Positions 30,403 through 42,117 are shown, counted from the first letter of the stretch. The stretch is DNA of 64,000 nt from an uncultured Verrucomicrobiae bacterium (GCA_963702845.1 OY969763.1:2048001-2112000); one strand, 5' to 3'. The notes: a model not told the origin generated them from the sequence alone. Numbers and translations are program-made.

Positions 30403-32086
30403 ATGGAGTGGATCAGGCAAATCTTTAAGGCAGCCCCGGAACTGGCGCTTTTTATCGCGCTGTTCCTGGGCCACGCCATCGGACGATTCAAGTTCAAAAA
30501 CTTTAGTCTCGGGGGTGTCGCTGGATCGTTGTTGGTGGCGTTGGTTATCGGGCAAATCGGAATCGATCTGCCGGAGGCCTTGAAGGCGGTGTGTTTCGCT
30601 CTTTTTATTTATTCCGTGGGGTTTCAGAGCGGTCCCGAGTTTTTCGGCCGTCTCGACCGATCCTCATTGAAGCTGGTCATGTCGTCGGTGTTTCAATGTG
30701 TCGTTGCGTTGATTTCAATTTTAGTCATCGCGAAAATCTGCGGCTTCAACAAAGGGTATGCTGTCGGAATGGGGGCAGGTGCATTGACGCAAACGGCGAT
30801 GATGGGCACGGCAGGTGACGCACTAAACAGGTTGGGATTATCTGCCGCCGACACGACAAATCTCACGAGCGAAATGGCGGTCGCGTTCGCCATTACGTAT
30901 GTATTCGGCACAGTTGGTGTGATCGTTTTTCTGCGCAGCATCGCCCCGCGGTTGATGGGGACGGATGTTAAGAAAGCGGCGAGAGAGCTTGAAGCAGAAC
31001 TGTCCGAGGGTGGAGAGGTGAAACGGCCAGGTTACATATCACCGTTTGTCCCGGTGGTTGCGCGGGCGTTTGTGGTCAAACAGGCGGCGAGCAAGACCAT
31101 TGCGGAAATCTCGCAGCGCCTCGAGCGGGCATCGGTCGAGCGAATTCTTCGCGATAATACGGTCATCGAAGTGAAGCCAGACTTCGTTCTGAAGCCGGAA
31201 GATATTGTAGCAGTTACCGGGCGTCTGGCCTCGGTCGTTGCTGCGGGAGACTTCATCGGGCCAGAGGTGGAGAACAAAGAAGCGCTGTCTTTTTCGATCG
31301 AGGTGACAAACGTTGTTGTAACCAATAAGCACATCATCGGAAAGACGTTGGGCGAGATTCGAGAAAACATTGGGACCAGGGATGTCGAAGCTGTTTACCT
31401 GGTCAGCATCAAACGCCAGGGTTTAGCGCTGCCCATTTTACTCCATACGGTAGTGCGAAGAGGTGACGTCGCGCAGCTGGCCGGGCGCCCTGGTGAGGTG
31501 CATAAGGCGGCTGACCTGATCGGTCGCTCAGAGCCGACCGGAGCAAAAAGCGACCTCGCTTACCATGCTCTTGGCATTGTCGTCGGAATTTTGGTTGGGC
31601 TGATTACGATCACTGTGGGCGGCATCCCGATAACATTGGGTATAGGAGGCGGCGTATTGGTGGTGGGACTTTGTTTCGGTTGGTTCCACGCACGGTATCC
31701 GGTGTTTGGGACGCTGCCGCAGGCGGCGCAGTGGATTCTGTCGGAGTTCGGATTGAGTGCGTTCGCCGCGATAATTGGACTCACCGCTGGGCCCAAAGCT
31801 CTCGCGGCTATTCAACAGCAAGGGCTGATCCTGCTTGTCGCGGGAGTAGTTCTGACTTTGGTCCCAATTGTTGCCACCCTCTACTTTGGCCGGTTCGTGC
31901 TCAAGCTGCATCCAGTCGTTTTACTTGGAGCGCTCTCAGGAGGACAAACGGTTGCTGCGTCGCTTGAATGCGGTGAATGAGGCGACTGACAGCATGACTC
32001 CTGTCCTGGGGTTCACTGTGGCGTATGCAATTTCAAATGTGCTGCTGGCGGTCTGGGGACCGTTGATCGTTGCGATTGTGAAATAA
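30403..32086 (+). CDS. aspT: AspT/YidE-family antiporter 2 (frameshift near 31965)
   Basis: LFIYSVGFQSGPEFF, AFAITYVFGTVG, TrkA-C domains, PVLGFTVAYAISN; RBS GGAGGAGG. Confidence 0.88.
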
Positions 32087-32106
32087 ATAAACTGAAAGGG
32101 AATATT

Positions 32107-33831
32107 ATGTTCGGTCCAGCTACAACTACTCGCGCGCACCAAAAAGCGCTGCTCAAACTCAGTCCGTTCGAATTGAAAGATGAACTCATCGCACTCGCTC
32201 AGGTGGCTGAGCGTGATGAAGTCGCGCAGTTCCTGAACGCTGGGAGAGGCAACCCAAACTGGCTTTGCACCACCGCTCGAGAGGCGTTTGGCACGTTGCT
32301 TCGTTTCGGGCTGGAGGAGGTGCGACGTGGCGTGAACATTCCTGATTTGGGTACAAAAATCTCGAGTAGTCCGGGAATCGCAAAACGGTTTTCGGGTTTT
32401 CTTGAAGCTAACCTCAAAACACCCGGCATTAAGCTGCTTCGGGAAACGTGGGATTACGGCATCAAGGATTTGAAGTTCGATCCAGACGCGTTTGCCTATG
32501 AACTTGCCGAAGGAATTATTGGCGATTTGTACCCTGTTCCGGACCGCATGTTGAGGTGCACGGAGAAAATCGTGCACGAGTTTCTGGTGCAGGAGATGTG
32601 CGCCGGGCGACCGCCAAAAGGCAAATACGATCTTTTCGCCGTCGAGGGCGGGACGGCGGCGATGTGTTACATCTTCGATACGTTGATGCAGAATTCATTG
32701 CTGCATCGTGGAGATACGATCGCTCTCGGAGTTCCGACTTTTACTCCTTACATCGAAATCGCGCACATGGATCGATTTAAGTTTAAGGTTGTAAACATCG
32801 ATGCAAGCGTGGAATGCCGGAAGGACGACACTCACACATGGCAATATTCCGACGAGGAAATTGATAAACTTGCCAACAAGAACATTAAGGCGTTCTTCCT
32901 CGTCAACCCGAGCAATCCACCTTCCTATGCGATGCGGACCAGTTCCGTGAAGCGAGTGGTGAATATCGTTAAGAATAAACGTCCGGATTTGATTATTATC
33001 ACAGATGATGTCTATGGAACATTTGTGCCGGGGTTCAGATCGTTGATGGCTGAGTTGCCGCGTAACACTATTGGCGTTTACTCGTATTCCAAGCATTTTG
33101 GTTGTACGGGCTGGCGACTGGGCGTGATTGCAGTCCATCAGGACAATATCTTCGATGAGATGCTAGCCAAGTTGCCGACAGCAACGCGCAAAGCGCTGAA
33201 CCACCGTTACGAACCTATTACGCTGGATCCCGAGAACTTAAAGTTCATCGACCGAATGGTTGCAGACAGTCGAATGGTTGCATTGAATCACACTGCCGGC
33301 CTGTCACTACCGCAGCAAATGCAGATGGCGTTGTTCTCGTCCTTCGCGCTGCTGGACAGAGCCAACAGTTACAAGTCGCTTTGCCAAATTATCGTGCGAC
33401 GACGATTCCAGGCATTGGCCGAAGGTTTAGGGCTCAAGTTCCCGCCGGACGACACGCGTGCGTACTATTACGTTCAGCTCGATCTGATGGTGTGGGCTGA
33501 GAAGGAATATGGGGCGGACTTCGCAGCGTTCTTACGGAAGAATTACGAATGCACCGACGTGCTGTTCCGCCTGGCTGAACACTCCGGCGTCGTTTTGATG
33601 CACGGAGGCGGCTTCGGTGGTCCTGATTGGTCGATTCGCGTTTCACTCGCGAATTTGGCAGAGGACACATATCCGAATATGGGCAGATACCTCCGTGAAG
33701 CGGCTCAGGCTTATGTCGACGAATGGAAGGCTTCAGGCGAAAGTTCTGCGCCAACGCACCCGCGTCGTCGCGCACCAGTTTTTACGCGCGCGGGCGCTCG
33801 CCGGCACCATTCGAAAAAGACGCGGCGCTAA
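32107..33831 (+). CDS. aspD: Aspartate 4-decarboxylase (bifunctional aminotransferase)
   Basis: LSPFELKD, NAGRGNPNW, EGGTAAM, VNPSNP, YSYSKHFG.TGWRLG, DRMVADSR, NHTAGLS.PQQ, RVSLANL. Confidence 0.93.
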   Translation: MFGPATTTRAHQKALLKLSPFELKDELIALAQVAERDEVAQFLNAGRGNPNWLCTTAREAFGTLLRFGLEEVRRGVNIPDLGTKISSSPGIAKRFSGFLEANLKTPGIKLLRETWDYGIKDLKFDPDAFAYELAEGIIGDLYPVPDRMLRCTEKIVHEFLVQEMCAGRPPKGKYDLFAVEGGTAAMCYIFDTLMQNSLLHRGDTIALGVPTFTPYIEIAHMDRFKFKVVNIDASVECRKDDTHTWQYSDEEIDKLANKNIKAFFLVNPSNPPSYAMRTSSVKRVVNIVKNKRPDLIIITDDVYGTFVPGFRSLMAELPRNTIGVYSYSKHFGCTGWRLGVIAVHQDNIFDEMLAKLPTATRKALNHRYEPITLDPENLKFIDRMVADSRMVALNHTAGLSLPQQMQMALFSSFALLDRANSYKSLCQIIVRRRFQALAEGLGLKFPPDDTRAYYYVQLDLMVWAEKEYGADFAAFLRKNYECTDVLFRLAEHSGVVLMHGGGFGGPDWSIRVSLANLAEDTYPNMGRYLREAAQAYVDEWKASGESSAPTHPRRRAPVFTRAGARRHHSKKTRR

Positions 33832-33832
33832 A

Positions 33833-34240
33833 CTAAGCTGCAGAGTGTTGCTTGCTGGCTTGTAAAGCTTTGGCCATTTCGTCGTCGGCTGGAATCTCGG
33901 GATGTTCTTCCGCGCCTTCCAGCCGAAATAACGAAACCTTGGCTGGCAGCTCTCCCATTACTTTCATAACTTCTGCCGCGGTTCCAAAAACGAATTCCTC
34001 TCGGCGTTCACGAATCGGCATCTGGTAGAAATGGCCGAGCGCGAGCCATTTGCCCGATCGACCCAGAATAAATTCATTGGCGCGCAGCTGCATATCTTCC
34101 GGGTCATAACCTTCTTGCAGGACGACATAGGGCCCGCCGTGGTCGCGTGGGTAGATTTCATTCGCCCGTCGCCAGGACGCCAGGCTGGCGAGTCGAACGT
34201 CATGGAAGTTGTTGGTGATGTTTCTTAGGTTTGCATTCAT
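33833..34240 (-). CDS. Hypothetical cytoplasmic protein, last gene of the minus-strand operon
   Basis: 135-aa ORF of normal composition, 45 bp downstream of sulP. Confidence 0.7.
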   Translation of the reverse strand: MNANLRNITNNFHDVRLASLASWRRANEIYPRDHGGPYVVLQEGYDPEDMQLRANEFILGRSGKWLALGHFYQMPIRERREEFVFGTAAEVMKVMGELPAKVSLFRLEGAEEHPEIPADDEMAKALQASKQHSAA

Positions 34241-34285
34241 AAGCAGAAAGCCAGTTAGTTTGTGGAACCTTTCCTCTCCCGTGTG

Positions 34286-35977
34286 TCACGTCGCGCCGTT
34301 AAACTCTTCGACTGCGTCGTTAACCGAATGTAGTCGGCTTATACCTCCAAGCTTATCGTCAACTTTTTCAATCCGCAAACGGTCACGGACCGAAGAACGG
34401 GCTTCGACCGCCTGGAATCGGATGCCGCGTGCCCGGATTTCGTCGGCGAGAGTGCCCAGCGCGAGTGAGCCCTGCAAATCGACGCGTGGCGCGGCGGAGA
34501 GATCGAGCACGACCAATTTTGGCGGTGGCTCCTCGGCGTTGACGCGGTCGAGAATCGTTTCACAAACATGGTCGATGTTGAAATAGACCAAACCAGACTC
34601 GGGTCGGAACAAGAGCACGCCCGTTATCAGCTCGTTATCCGGATGACGCAGCCGGTCAGAAAAGCGATGCGTGCCTGGGATTCGTCCGAGCTGTGCGACG
34701 TGCGGTTTCGAAGCGCTGCGTAGCAGCTGTACAAGCGAGATCACTGCCCCGATCAAAACACCGCGCAGCAGGCCGGAACTCATAACGCCGACCAGCGCGC
34801 CCACGGCCACGAAGAACTCGGAACGATCCTCGCGCCAGAGCTGTTTCAGAGTCGAAAGCTTGAACAAACCTGCGACTGCCGCGAGAACGATTGCGGCCAG
34901 AACCGGCTGGGGCAACGCGCTTAATACGTGTGAGAAAAAACATACAACGAGGATCAAAAGACCTGCGGCGAGCGCGGTGGACAGTGGCGTGCGCGCGCCC
35001 CCGGTTTCGTTCACGAGCGATTGAGACATGCCACCGCTTACAGGTAAACCTCTGCCGAGCGCAGCCATTAAGTTGCTGGCACTGAGCGCGAGAAACTCTT
35101 GATTGGCATCCAACCGATAACCGTGCGTTGCGGAGAACATTCGTCCAATCGCGGCAGTCTCAACGGCTGCGAGCAAAAAACAGGCGAGGGCAAGGGGAAG
35201 TAATTGATTCAGATCGGACCACGCAGTGCCCGGCAATCCGAGAGGCGGTAGTCCTTTTGGGATTTCTCCGAGCAGTTTGACTCCATGCTGTTCCAATCCA
35301 AATACGGACGCAGCGACGATTCCACCGATGACGACAAACAAGCCAACCGGTTTGTTTTTCAAAAACAATTTCCCGAAAACCAGAATGGCCAACGCAATTC
35401 CGCCGACCAGTAATGCCGATGGATTGGTTTCTTTCAGGTGTTGGATGAAATACGCGCTGTTTCGCCAGAAACTTCCGTGCTCGCCGTGAAACCCGAATAA
35501 TTTCGGCAATTGCGTGCTGGCAAGAAACAGAGCGACGCCGCATTTGAATCCAGTCATGACGCTTTCGGAGATGAAGTTCACAATGGCGCCCGCTTTAAAA
35601 AGCCACGCGAGGAACCCGATCAGAGCAACCAATATGGCTGTCGTTGCGGCAAGCGCTGCAAACCTCGTGCTGTCTCCTCCTGCGAGCCCGCCGAGCGTTG
35701 TGCCGAGAAGCAAAGAGATCGCAGACGTGACCGAAACCACAGTATGAGTGGAACTGCAGAACAGCCAAAAAACCAACCCGCTAAATAAACATGCGTACAG
35801 TCCCGCCTGAGGAGGCAAGTTCGCTAAAGTGGCGTCGCCGAGTGCTGCCGGTAACAAATATGCAGCAAGCGTGATCGCCGCGATCGCGTCGTAACGCGCC
35901 CACCCCTTTTCGTAGCGAGGCAGCCAACGGAAGGCTCGAATCAAACCGGTCCTTACCAATGTGCCATTCCTCGTCAT
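34286..35977 (-). CDS. SulP/SLC26 anion transporter with STAS domain
   Basis: PQAGLYA, NFISESVMTGF, DANQEFLAL, SGGMSQS, C-terminal VVLDLSAAP.VD; ATGA overlap with the upstream gene. Confidence 0.9.
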   Translation of the reverse strand: MTRNGTLVRTGLIRAFRWLPRYEKGWARYDAIAAITLAAYLLPAALGDATLANLPPQAGLYACLFSGLVFWLFCSSTHTVVSVTSAISLLLGTTLGGLAGGDSTRFAALAATTAILVALIGFLAWLFKAGAIVNFISESVMTGFKCGVALFLASTQLPKLFGFHGEHGSFWRNSAYFIQHLKETNPSALLVGGIALAILVFGKLFLKNKPVGLFVVIGGIVAASVFGLEQHGVKLLGEIPKGLPPLGLPGTAWSDLNQLLPLALACFLLAAVETAAIGRMFSATHGYRLDANQEFLALSASNLMAALGRGLPVSGGMSQSLVNETGGARTPLSTALAAGLLILVVCFFSHVLSALPQPVLAAIVLAAVAGLFKLSTLKQLWREDRSEFFVAVGALVGVMSSGLLRGVLIGAVISLVQLLRSASKPHVAQLGRIPGTHRFSDRLRHPDNELITGVLLFRPESGLVYFNIDHVCETILDRVNAEEPPPKLVVLDLSAAPRVDLQGSLALGTLADEIRARGIRFQAVEARSSVRDRLRIEKVDDKLGGISRLHSVNDAVEEFNGAT

Positions 35978-36633
35978 AATTGAACCGGCAAATACAATAG
36001 TCGGACCGCTGCGAAAACGAATGCACCGAGGCCGAGGAGAAGAACGGCTTGATGAATCCAACCGGTTTGAAACCTCGATGCAGCCCCTGAGAAGAAGAGG
36101 GCGGCGGCGAGCGAGACGGTCAGCAGAACGTAGCTCCGCGAGTTCCGTCCGGCTTCACCAGCTTTCTCCCAGAACCGCTCGCTTTGGATTTCATCTTCGC
36201 GCGACTGCTCCAACAGCTTCGGCTGGTACAGATTGGTAACGAACGGATGAGGTGGCGCGTTAGAGTTTTTGAACGGTTGCATCGCTATCCATTTTTCAAA
36301 TGCGCTTTTGGCTTCGGCACGAAACCGCGTCGCGTAAAAGTCAGCGAGCGCTGCGTTCGAACTGGACCGAGCATTGACGTACTCGCTGAAAAGCATCACA
36401 TCGATCGATGCAAGTTGATAACTCTTCAATTGAGCGGTGACGCTGCGACGACTTGCGGTGGCCGACATATTCATCGTGCGTTGTGAAACCCCGCTCCAAA
36501 CTGCCGCCTGAAAAGAGCACCACGCTGTCCCAACCGTTGCGAGTGAAAGCAGAACTAGAGCGACGGCCTCAAAGACGGGTCCCCTGCGTTTCTTTTCATG
36601 GCCAATACTTTGCTTCTGGGCTTCGTCGCTCAT
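35974..36633 (-). CDS. Hypothetical membrane protein (about 3 TM)
   Basis: One N-terminal TM (LATVGTAWCSFQA), a helical loop and two C-terminal TMs; translationally coupled to sulP. Confidence 0.7.
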   Translation of the reverse strand: MSDEAQKQSIGHEKKRRGPVFEAVALVLLSLATVGTAWCSFQAAVWSGVSQRTMNMSATASRRSVTAQLKSYQLASIDVMLFSEYVNARSSSNAALADFYATRFRAEAKSAFEKWIAMQPFKNSNAPPHPFVTNLYQPKLLEQSREDEIQSERFWEKAGEAGRNSRSYVLLTVSLAAALFFSGAASRFQTGWIHQAVLLLGLGAFVFAAVRLLYLPVQL

Positions 36634-36654
36634 CTGATTACCGATGGAAACGAA

Positions 36655-37479
36655 CTAGTATTTTTCCGGCACGAATTTTCGGCCTTTTAGCGACGCCTGA
36701 TCGTCGTAGGCGTGTTTCGTTTCTCGTTCAGGGATCTCGATTTTGTCCCGCTTGATTTTTTTGTACGTAATCAGGCTGAGGAGATGTGAGATGCAATTCA
36801 GTCTTGCCCGTTTTTTGTCGTCGGAGCGCAGGATGTGCCAAGGGGCAAAGTCAGTATCCGTCGCCTCCAGCATTTTGTCGCGGGCGCGCGAGTATTCATA
36901 CCATTTACTGCGCGACGGCAGGTCCATCGGGCTAAGTTTCCACTGTCGCACGGGATCCGTAACACGCGCTTCGAAACGTCGTTTCTGTTCCTTGTCGCTA
37001 ACCTCAAGCCAGAACTTTATGAGGATGATTCCATTAGCGACGACGTATTTCTCAACCTCGGGGCAGCGTTTTAAAAAATTCGCATACTGCTCGTCCGAGC
37101 AAAACCCCATCACATGCTCAACCCCTGCGCGATTGTACCAACTCCGGTCGAAGATGACCACCTCACCTGCGGCAGGGAAGTGTTTTATATAGCGTTGAAG
37201 ATAAATTTGCGTTTTTTCGCGATCGGAAGGAGCAGGCAACGCAACGATGCGAAAGATACGAGGACTGACTCGCTCGGTGATCGCTCGGATAGTGCCGCCT
37301 TTTCCGGCGCCGTCCCGTCCTTCAAAAACCAGCATTACCCGTAGGCCTTTATGTTTGATCCAGTCCTGCAATTGGCAAAGTTGAGCCTGTAACCGGCGCA
37401 GTTCTTTTTCGTATTTCTTGCGTTTAAGCTTTTTGGATTCGTCTGAATCGCCTGCTTCTTTCGTCCCTTTATTCTTCAT
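36655..37479 (-). CDS. ppk2: Polyphosphate kinase 2
   Basis: FEGRDGAGKGG, FDRSWYNR, WKLSPMD, DDKKRARLN. Confidence 0.94.
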   Translation of the reverse strand: MKNKGTKEAGDSDESKKLKRKKYEKELRRLQAQLCQLQDWIKHKGLRVMLVFEGRDGAGKGGTIRAITERVSPRIFRIVALPAPSDREKTQIYLQRYIKHFPAAGEVVIFDRSWYNRAGVEHVMGFCSDEQYANFLKRCPEVEKYVVANGIILIKFWLEVSDKEQKRRFEARVTDPVRQWKLSPMDLPSRSKWYEYSRARDKMLEATDTDFAPWHILRSDDKKRARLNCISHLLSLITYKKIKRDKIEIPERETKHAYDDQASLKGRKFVPEKY

Positions 37480-37495
37480 AACGTTTCCCGGTCAA

Positions 37496-38953
37496 TTAGT
37501 GATGATTCATTGCAGTTTTGGTAGAAGGGATCGATGGCCAGCCGCCGCCCAGTGCTTGATAGAGTTGGACGACGCTGAGGAGTTCGTCTCGCCGCGCCGC
37601 GGCAAGTCGAAACTCTGCATCAAATAACTGTTGTTCGTTGTAGAGCACCTCGAGATAGCTCGTCACACCGCCGTCGTAGCGGACGTGCGCAAGGTCTGCC
37701 GCTGCTCGGTTTGCTTCCGTTAACTCCAACTGCTTCGCATAGAATTCCTGGGTCCGCTGGTAAGCAATAAGGCCGTCCGATACTTCGCGAAATGCGTTTT
37801 GAACAGTTCGTTGGTAAACAGCCACCGCCTCTTGAAATCGCGCCTTGGAGAGTTTGACTTCAGCTTGTAAACGTCCGCCTGTGAAGAATGGGAATGTTAC
37901 GGTCGGCCCGAACTGCCATACCTGCGATGGCTGGGCGAAAAGGCTGGTGAGTGATACGCTTTGGAACCCATACGTTCCTGTCAAAGTCAGTCGCGGAAAA
38001 TATGCTGCCTTTGCCTGGCCGATGTCTGCGTTTGCCGCGATCAGGTTTTGCTCAGCAGACCGAATATCTGGTCGCCGCTCCAACAGCGACGATGGCAGCC
38101 CCGGAGGGACACTAGCCCTCAGCGGCTGCTGCACCAACGAAATGCCCCGTTTGATGGGTCCCGGATTTCGGCCCATCAGAATGTTCAAAGCGTTCTCAGT
38201 CTGTTCAATTCGTCGAAGCGTATCGGCGATGGAAGCCTCGGTCGTAAACACGAGCACTTGCGATTGATAAACATCCTGCATTGCCGCGACGCCTCCTTGT
38301 TGACGTGAGACAGTGAGATCCAGCGAGTTGGTGCGACCGACATAACTGGCTCGCGCAATTTCCAGATCAAGATCGAGTGCCAGTAGCTGAAGGTAAGTCG
38401 TTGCAACGTCCGAGACTAAAGTCTGACGAACTGTGTTTTGCGCCCATTCTGCGGAAAAAAGCTTTGCCAGGGCAGCTTCGTTCGCGCGACGGATGCGGCC
38501 CCAAAGGTCAACTTCGTAGCTCGGAGAAAAAACAAACACTTCGCCAAATGTGGACTGTGGTTGTATGCCTAGGGGAAAATCTCCTCCCTGCTGCGAAAAG
38601 CGTGTGTTCACGATTTCTCCGCCGGCATCGATTTCTGGAAAATATTGAGAACGGGTGATTCGAGCCGAAGCCTCGGCTTGAAGAACACGGGCTGCGGCAA
38701 TTTTTATGTCCCAGCTATTCTTTAGTCCCTCGGTAATGTACGCCTTTAGTTGTGGATCTTCGTAAACATTCCACCAGCAAAGGTCCCCAAAAGAATTTGT
38801 CCCGGACGTTAGCGATGTATCTGACGCTGCACGACGGAAGGTCGCCGGTGGGTTGGTGGAAGGTCTTTTGTAATTCGGCCCCACTTTGCAACCCGTCGTG
38901 ATCGCGACAATTAGACCAAAGGAAAATGCGAGTTGCTGAAGAATTGGTTTCAT
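37496..38953 (-). CDS. RND efflux outer-membrane lipoprotein
   Basis: TTGC lipobox, GPNYKRP, PSSLLERRPDI, LYQALGGGW. Confidence 0.92.
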   Translation of the reverse strand: MKPILQQLAFSFGLIVAITTGCKVGPNYKRPSTNPPATFRRAASDTSLTSGTNSFGDLCWWNVYEDPQLKAYITEGLKNSWDIKIAAARVLQAEASARITRSQYFPEIDAGGEIVNTRFSQQGGDFPLGIQPQSTFGEVFVFSPSYEVDLWGRIRRANEAALAKLFSAEWAQNTVRQTLVSDVATTYLQLLALDLDLEIARASYVGRTNSLDLTVSRQQGGVAAMQDVYQSQVLVFTTEASIADTLRRIEQTENALNILMGRNPGPIKRGISLVQQPLRASVPPGLPSSLLERRPDIRSAEQNLIAANADIGQAKAAYFPRLTLTGTYGFQSVSLTSLFAQPSQVWQFGPTVTFPFFTGGRLQAEVKLSKARFQEAVAVYQRTVQNAFREVSDGLIAYQRTQEFYAKQLELTEANRAAADLAHVRYDGGVTSYLEVLYNEQQLFDAEFRLAAARRDELLSVVQLYQALGGGWPSIPSTKTAMNHH

Positions 38954-41900
38954 CAGTGTCCCTCCTTGTGGTTTTCACCTCCTGCGACCACGACGTTCGA
39001 GGTAGCAGATGCCGGTTTCTTGCGCTCAATGATCTTCTGCACAAAAACGTAACAGACAGGAATGATGAACAGCCCCAGGACCGTTGCGATGGTCATGCCG
39101 AAAACAACGCCTGTACCCATGGTGCTGCGGGCGGCGGCTCCGGACCCGGAAGCCAGCATCAACGGAACAGAACCGAGGATGAACGCGAATGAGGTCATCA
39201 GGATCGGTCGCAGCCGTAACTTGGCTCCTTGTATCGCCGCTGGGATGATGTCCATTCCCTTCTCATGTTCGGCTTTCGCAAATTCGACAATCAGGATTGC
39301 GTTTTTCGCTGCCAATCCGATCAACATCACTAATCCGATTTGAGCATAGACATTCAGATCAAAACTCCGGACCAGCATGCCGATCATCGTGCCGAGAATG
39401 ACTGTTGGCGTCGCAAGCAAAACAGAGAAAGGCAGTCCCCAACTTTCGTACTGCGCCGCGAGTAACAGGAAAACAATCACGATCGCCATGCCGAAGATGA
39501 TCGGCGCCTGGCCTTCGGATTTTTTTTCCTGCAGGGTCAACCCGGACCATTCGTAACCAATGCCGCTCGGCATCGTTTTCATTACCTCTTCAATCGCCTT
39601 GATCGCTTGAGCTGAGCTGTAGCCCGGCGCCGGCGCACCCATGATTTCCGCAGCGTTATAAAGATTGAATCGCATGACGAAGTTCGGCCCGGTCATCTTG
39701 CCGATTGTGACCAGCGTGTTCAGCGGCACCATGTTGGTGTAGTTGTTGCGAACATAGAACTGGCCGATGTCGCTGGGCTGGCTCGTGAACTGCGGCTCTG
39801 CTTGAAGGAACACTTTATAGACGCGGCCAAACCGGACGAAGTCGTTTACGTATAGTCCGCTTAAATATGTCTGCAACGTCGAGAAAACGGAATCGATTGG
39901 AACACCCAACGTCCGCGCCTTTTCGCGATCCAGTTCGACTTTCACCTGCGGCGTTGCTGGATTGAACGTCGTGGTGATGCGGCCGAGTTCCGGGCGTTTG
40001 CTCGCGGCCGCCAGGAACTGCTTAATATTTTTCGCCAATTCATCAATGCTTCCGCCGGTGCGGTCTTGCACCTGCATAGAAAAACCCGAAACGTTGCCGT
40101 AGCCGGGCAGGGGAGGTGGTCCAAAGGAAAAGGCCCGCGCATCGGCGATGCTTTGGAATTTTTTATTCCATTCCATAGCCAAGGCTTTGGCATGGAGCGC
40201 AGAACCCTTCCGTTCGTCCCAATTTTTGAGGCCGACAAACATGAGCGCCGCATTCGGGAAGTTGAGCGAGTTCATGATATTCATACCGGCCAGTCCGACA
40301 TACGAGCGCACCCCTTCGGTGTTCCCGACAATCTCTTCAACTTGTTTAAGAACCTGGTCCGTGCGCTGCAACGACGTGCCTTCCGGCAATTCGACAGACA
40401 CGAATAAGTAACCTTTGTCCTCATCCGGAATGAAGCCGCCGGGCACGAATTTGCCGATGATAAAGACGCCAACAACTACGGCAACCAGCAGTAACATCGA
40501 GAGCGATGCCTTTCGGCTCATCCCTCCGACCAATGCGCCATACTTATTGATCGTCCAATCAAATCCTCGATTGAACAGTTTGAAAAATTTTGCAACCGGC
40601 CCGCGCCCGGGTTTTGGTTTGCGCAACATTTTCGCCGCCAAAGCCGGGCTGAGCGTCAGCGCGTTGATGACTGAAAACACCACAGCAACCGCGATCGTTA
40701 ACGCAAATTGCCGGTAAAGCTGGCCTGTGACACCGCCCATGAACGCTACCGGGACGAACACTGCGCAGAGCACCAAACCGATCGCCACGACCGGCCCCGA
40801 AACTTCTTTCATCGCCTGCCTCGTGGCTGCGGTCGGATCAAGTCCATGTTCGATGTGATGTTGTACCGCTTCAACGACGACAATGGCGTCGTCCACGACA
40901 ATACCGATTGCCAGCACAAGTCCGAACAAAGTCAGAACGTTGACGCTAAATCCAAGCGGCGGGAACATGATGAAAGCGCCAAGCAACGAGACAGGAACCG
41001 TCAACATCGGAATGATCGTTGCGCGAAAACTTTGAAGAAAAATGTAAACAACAACCAGGACCAGCACCACAGCTTCCAGAAGCGTGTGAATGATTTCGTG
41101 CATAGATGCTTCGATCGGCAGGGTCGAATCCAGCGTGATATCGTAGATCATGTCAGGTGGAAACTTCTCTTTGGCATCTTCCAAAATCTTTTTTACGTTC
41201 GCCGCCGTTTCCAAAGCATTTGCTCCAGGAGCCAAATAAATTCCGATTGCACCTGCGGGTGACTTGTTCAGTCGAGCGCGAAGATCGTAGGTTTGCGCGC
41301 CAAGTTCGACGCGACCAATGTCTTTGATCTTCACCTGGGAACCATCCGGATTGGATCGGATGATGATCTCGGCAAATTGTTTTGGGTCCTTGAGCAAACC
41401 GAGTGTGCGAACGTTGAATGTCGTTTGTTGTCCTTTAGGAGCGGGTTCGGCACCGATGCGTCCCGCCGGCGCCTGAGCGTTTTGTTCTTTAAGCGCTTTT
41501 TGGATGTCGTCCGGTGTGACTCCAAGCGACGCCAGCTTGTCAGGACGCAACCAGAGTCGCATCGAATAATCCTGCGCAGTGAAGTTTTTAACATCGCCGA
41601 CGCCACGCACGCGTTTGATCGCGTCAACCAGATTGATGTCGCAATAATTGCCGAGAAAAACTGCGTCGTAAGTTCCTTTCGGCGACGCCAACGCCACCAC
41701 CATTAAAATGTCCGGACTCGAACGATTAACGACAATGCCTTCTCGCTTCACCGCATCAGGCAATTGGGCTTCCGCCTGGCCGACGCGGTTTTGTGTATTT
41801 ACCTGCATGATGTCGACGTCCGTCCCGACATCGAAATAAACATTGAGCGTCAGCTTGCCGTCGTTGGCGTTGTACGACTGGATGTAGAGCAGTTTGTCGA

Positions 41901-42114
41901 CACCATTAACCTTTGATTCAATAGGCGTAGCGACGGATTCCATCACTGCTTCTGCAGCAGCGCCGCGATACGTTGTCGTCGCTTGAATCAGCGTCGGGCT
42001 AACCGGAGGGTATTCGGAAATCGGTAACCGCTTCAGAGCCACAAACCCGACGATCACGGTGAGGATGGCGATGACCATCGCAACAATCGGACGTCGAATG
42101 AAAAAGTCCGCCAT
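38953..42114 (-). CDS. RND efflux permease, HAE1 family
   Basis: [38 protein letters not shown]. Confidence 0.95.
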   Translation of the reverse strand: MADFFIRRPIVAMVIAILTVIVGFVALKRLPISEYPPVSPTLIQATTTYRGAAAEAVMESVATPIESKVNGVDKLLYIQSYNANDGKLTLNVYFDVGTDVDIMQVNTQNRVGQAEAQLPDAVKREGIVVNRSSPDILMVVALASPKGTYDAVFLGNYCDINLVDAIKRVRGVGDVKNFTAQDYSMRLWLRPDKLASLGVTPDDIQKALKEQNAQAPAGRIGAEPAPKGQQTTFNVRTLGLLKDPKQFAEIIIRSNPDGSQVKIKDIGRVELGAQTYDLRARLNKSPAGAIGIYLAPGANALETAANVKKILEDAKEKFPPDMIYDITLDSTLPIEASMHEIIHTLLEAVVLVLVVVYIFLQSFRATIIPMLTVPVSLLGAFIMFPPLGFSVNVLTLFGLVLAIGIVVDDAIVVVEAVQHHIEHGLDPTAATRQAMKEVSGPVVAIGLVLCAVFVPVAFMGGVTGQLYRQFALTIAVAVVFSVINALTLSPALAAKMLRKPKPGRGPVAKFFKLFNRGFDWTINKYGALVGGMSRKASLSMLLLVAVVVGVFIIGKFVPGGFIPDEDKGYLFVSVELPEGTSLQRTDQVLKQVEEIVGNTEGVRSYVGLAGMNIMNSLNFPNAALMFVGLKNWDERKGSALHAKALAMEWNKKFQSIADARAFSFGPPPLPGYGNVSGFSMQVQDRTGGSIDELAKNIKQFLAAASKRPELGRITTTFNPATPQVKVELDREKARTLGVPIDSVFSTLQTYLSGLYVNDFVRFGRVYKVFLQAEPQFTSQPSDIGQFYVRNNYTNMVPLNTLVTIGKMTGPNFVMRFNLYNAAEIMGAPAPGYSSAQAIKAIEEVMKTMPSGIGYEWSGLTLQEKKSEGQAPIIFGMAIVIVFLLLAAQYESWGLPFSVLLATPTVILGTMIGMLVRSFDLNVYAQIGLVMLIGLAAKNAILIVEFAKAEHEKGMDIIPAAIQGAKLRLRPILMTSFAFILGSVPLMLASGSGAAARSTMGTGVVFGMTIATVLGLFIIPVCYVFVQKIIERKKPASATSNVVVAGGENHKEGH

Positions 42115-42117
42115 AAC

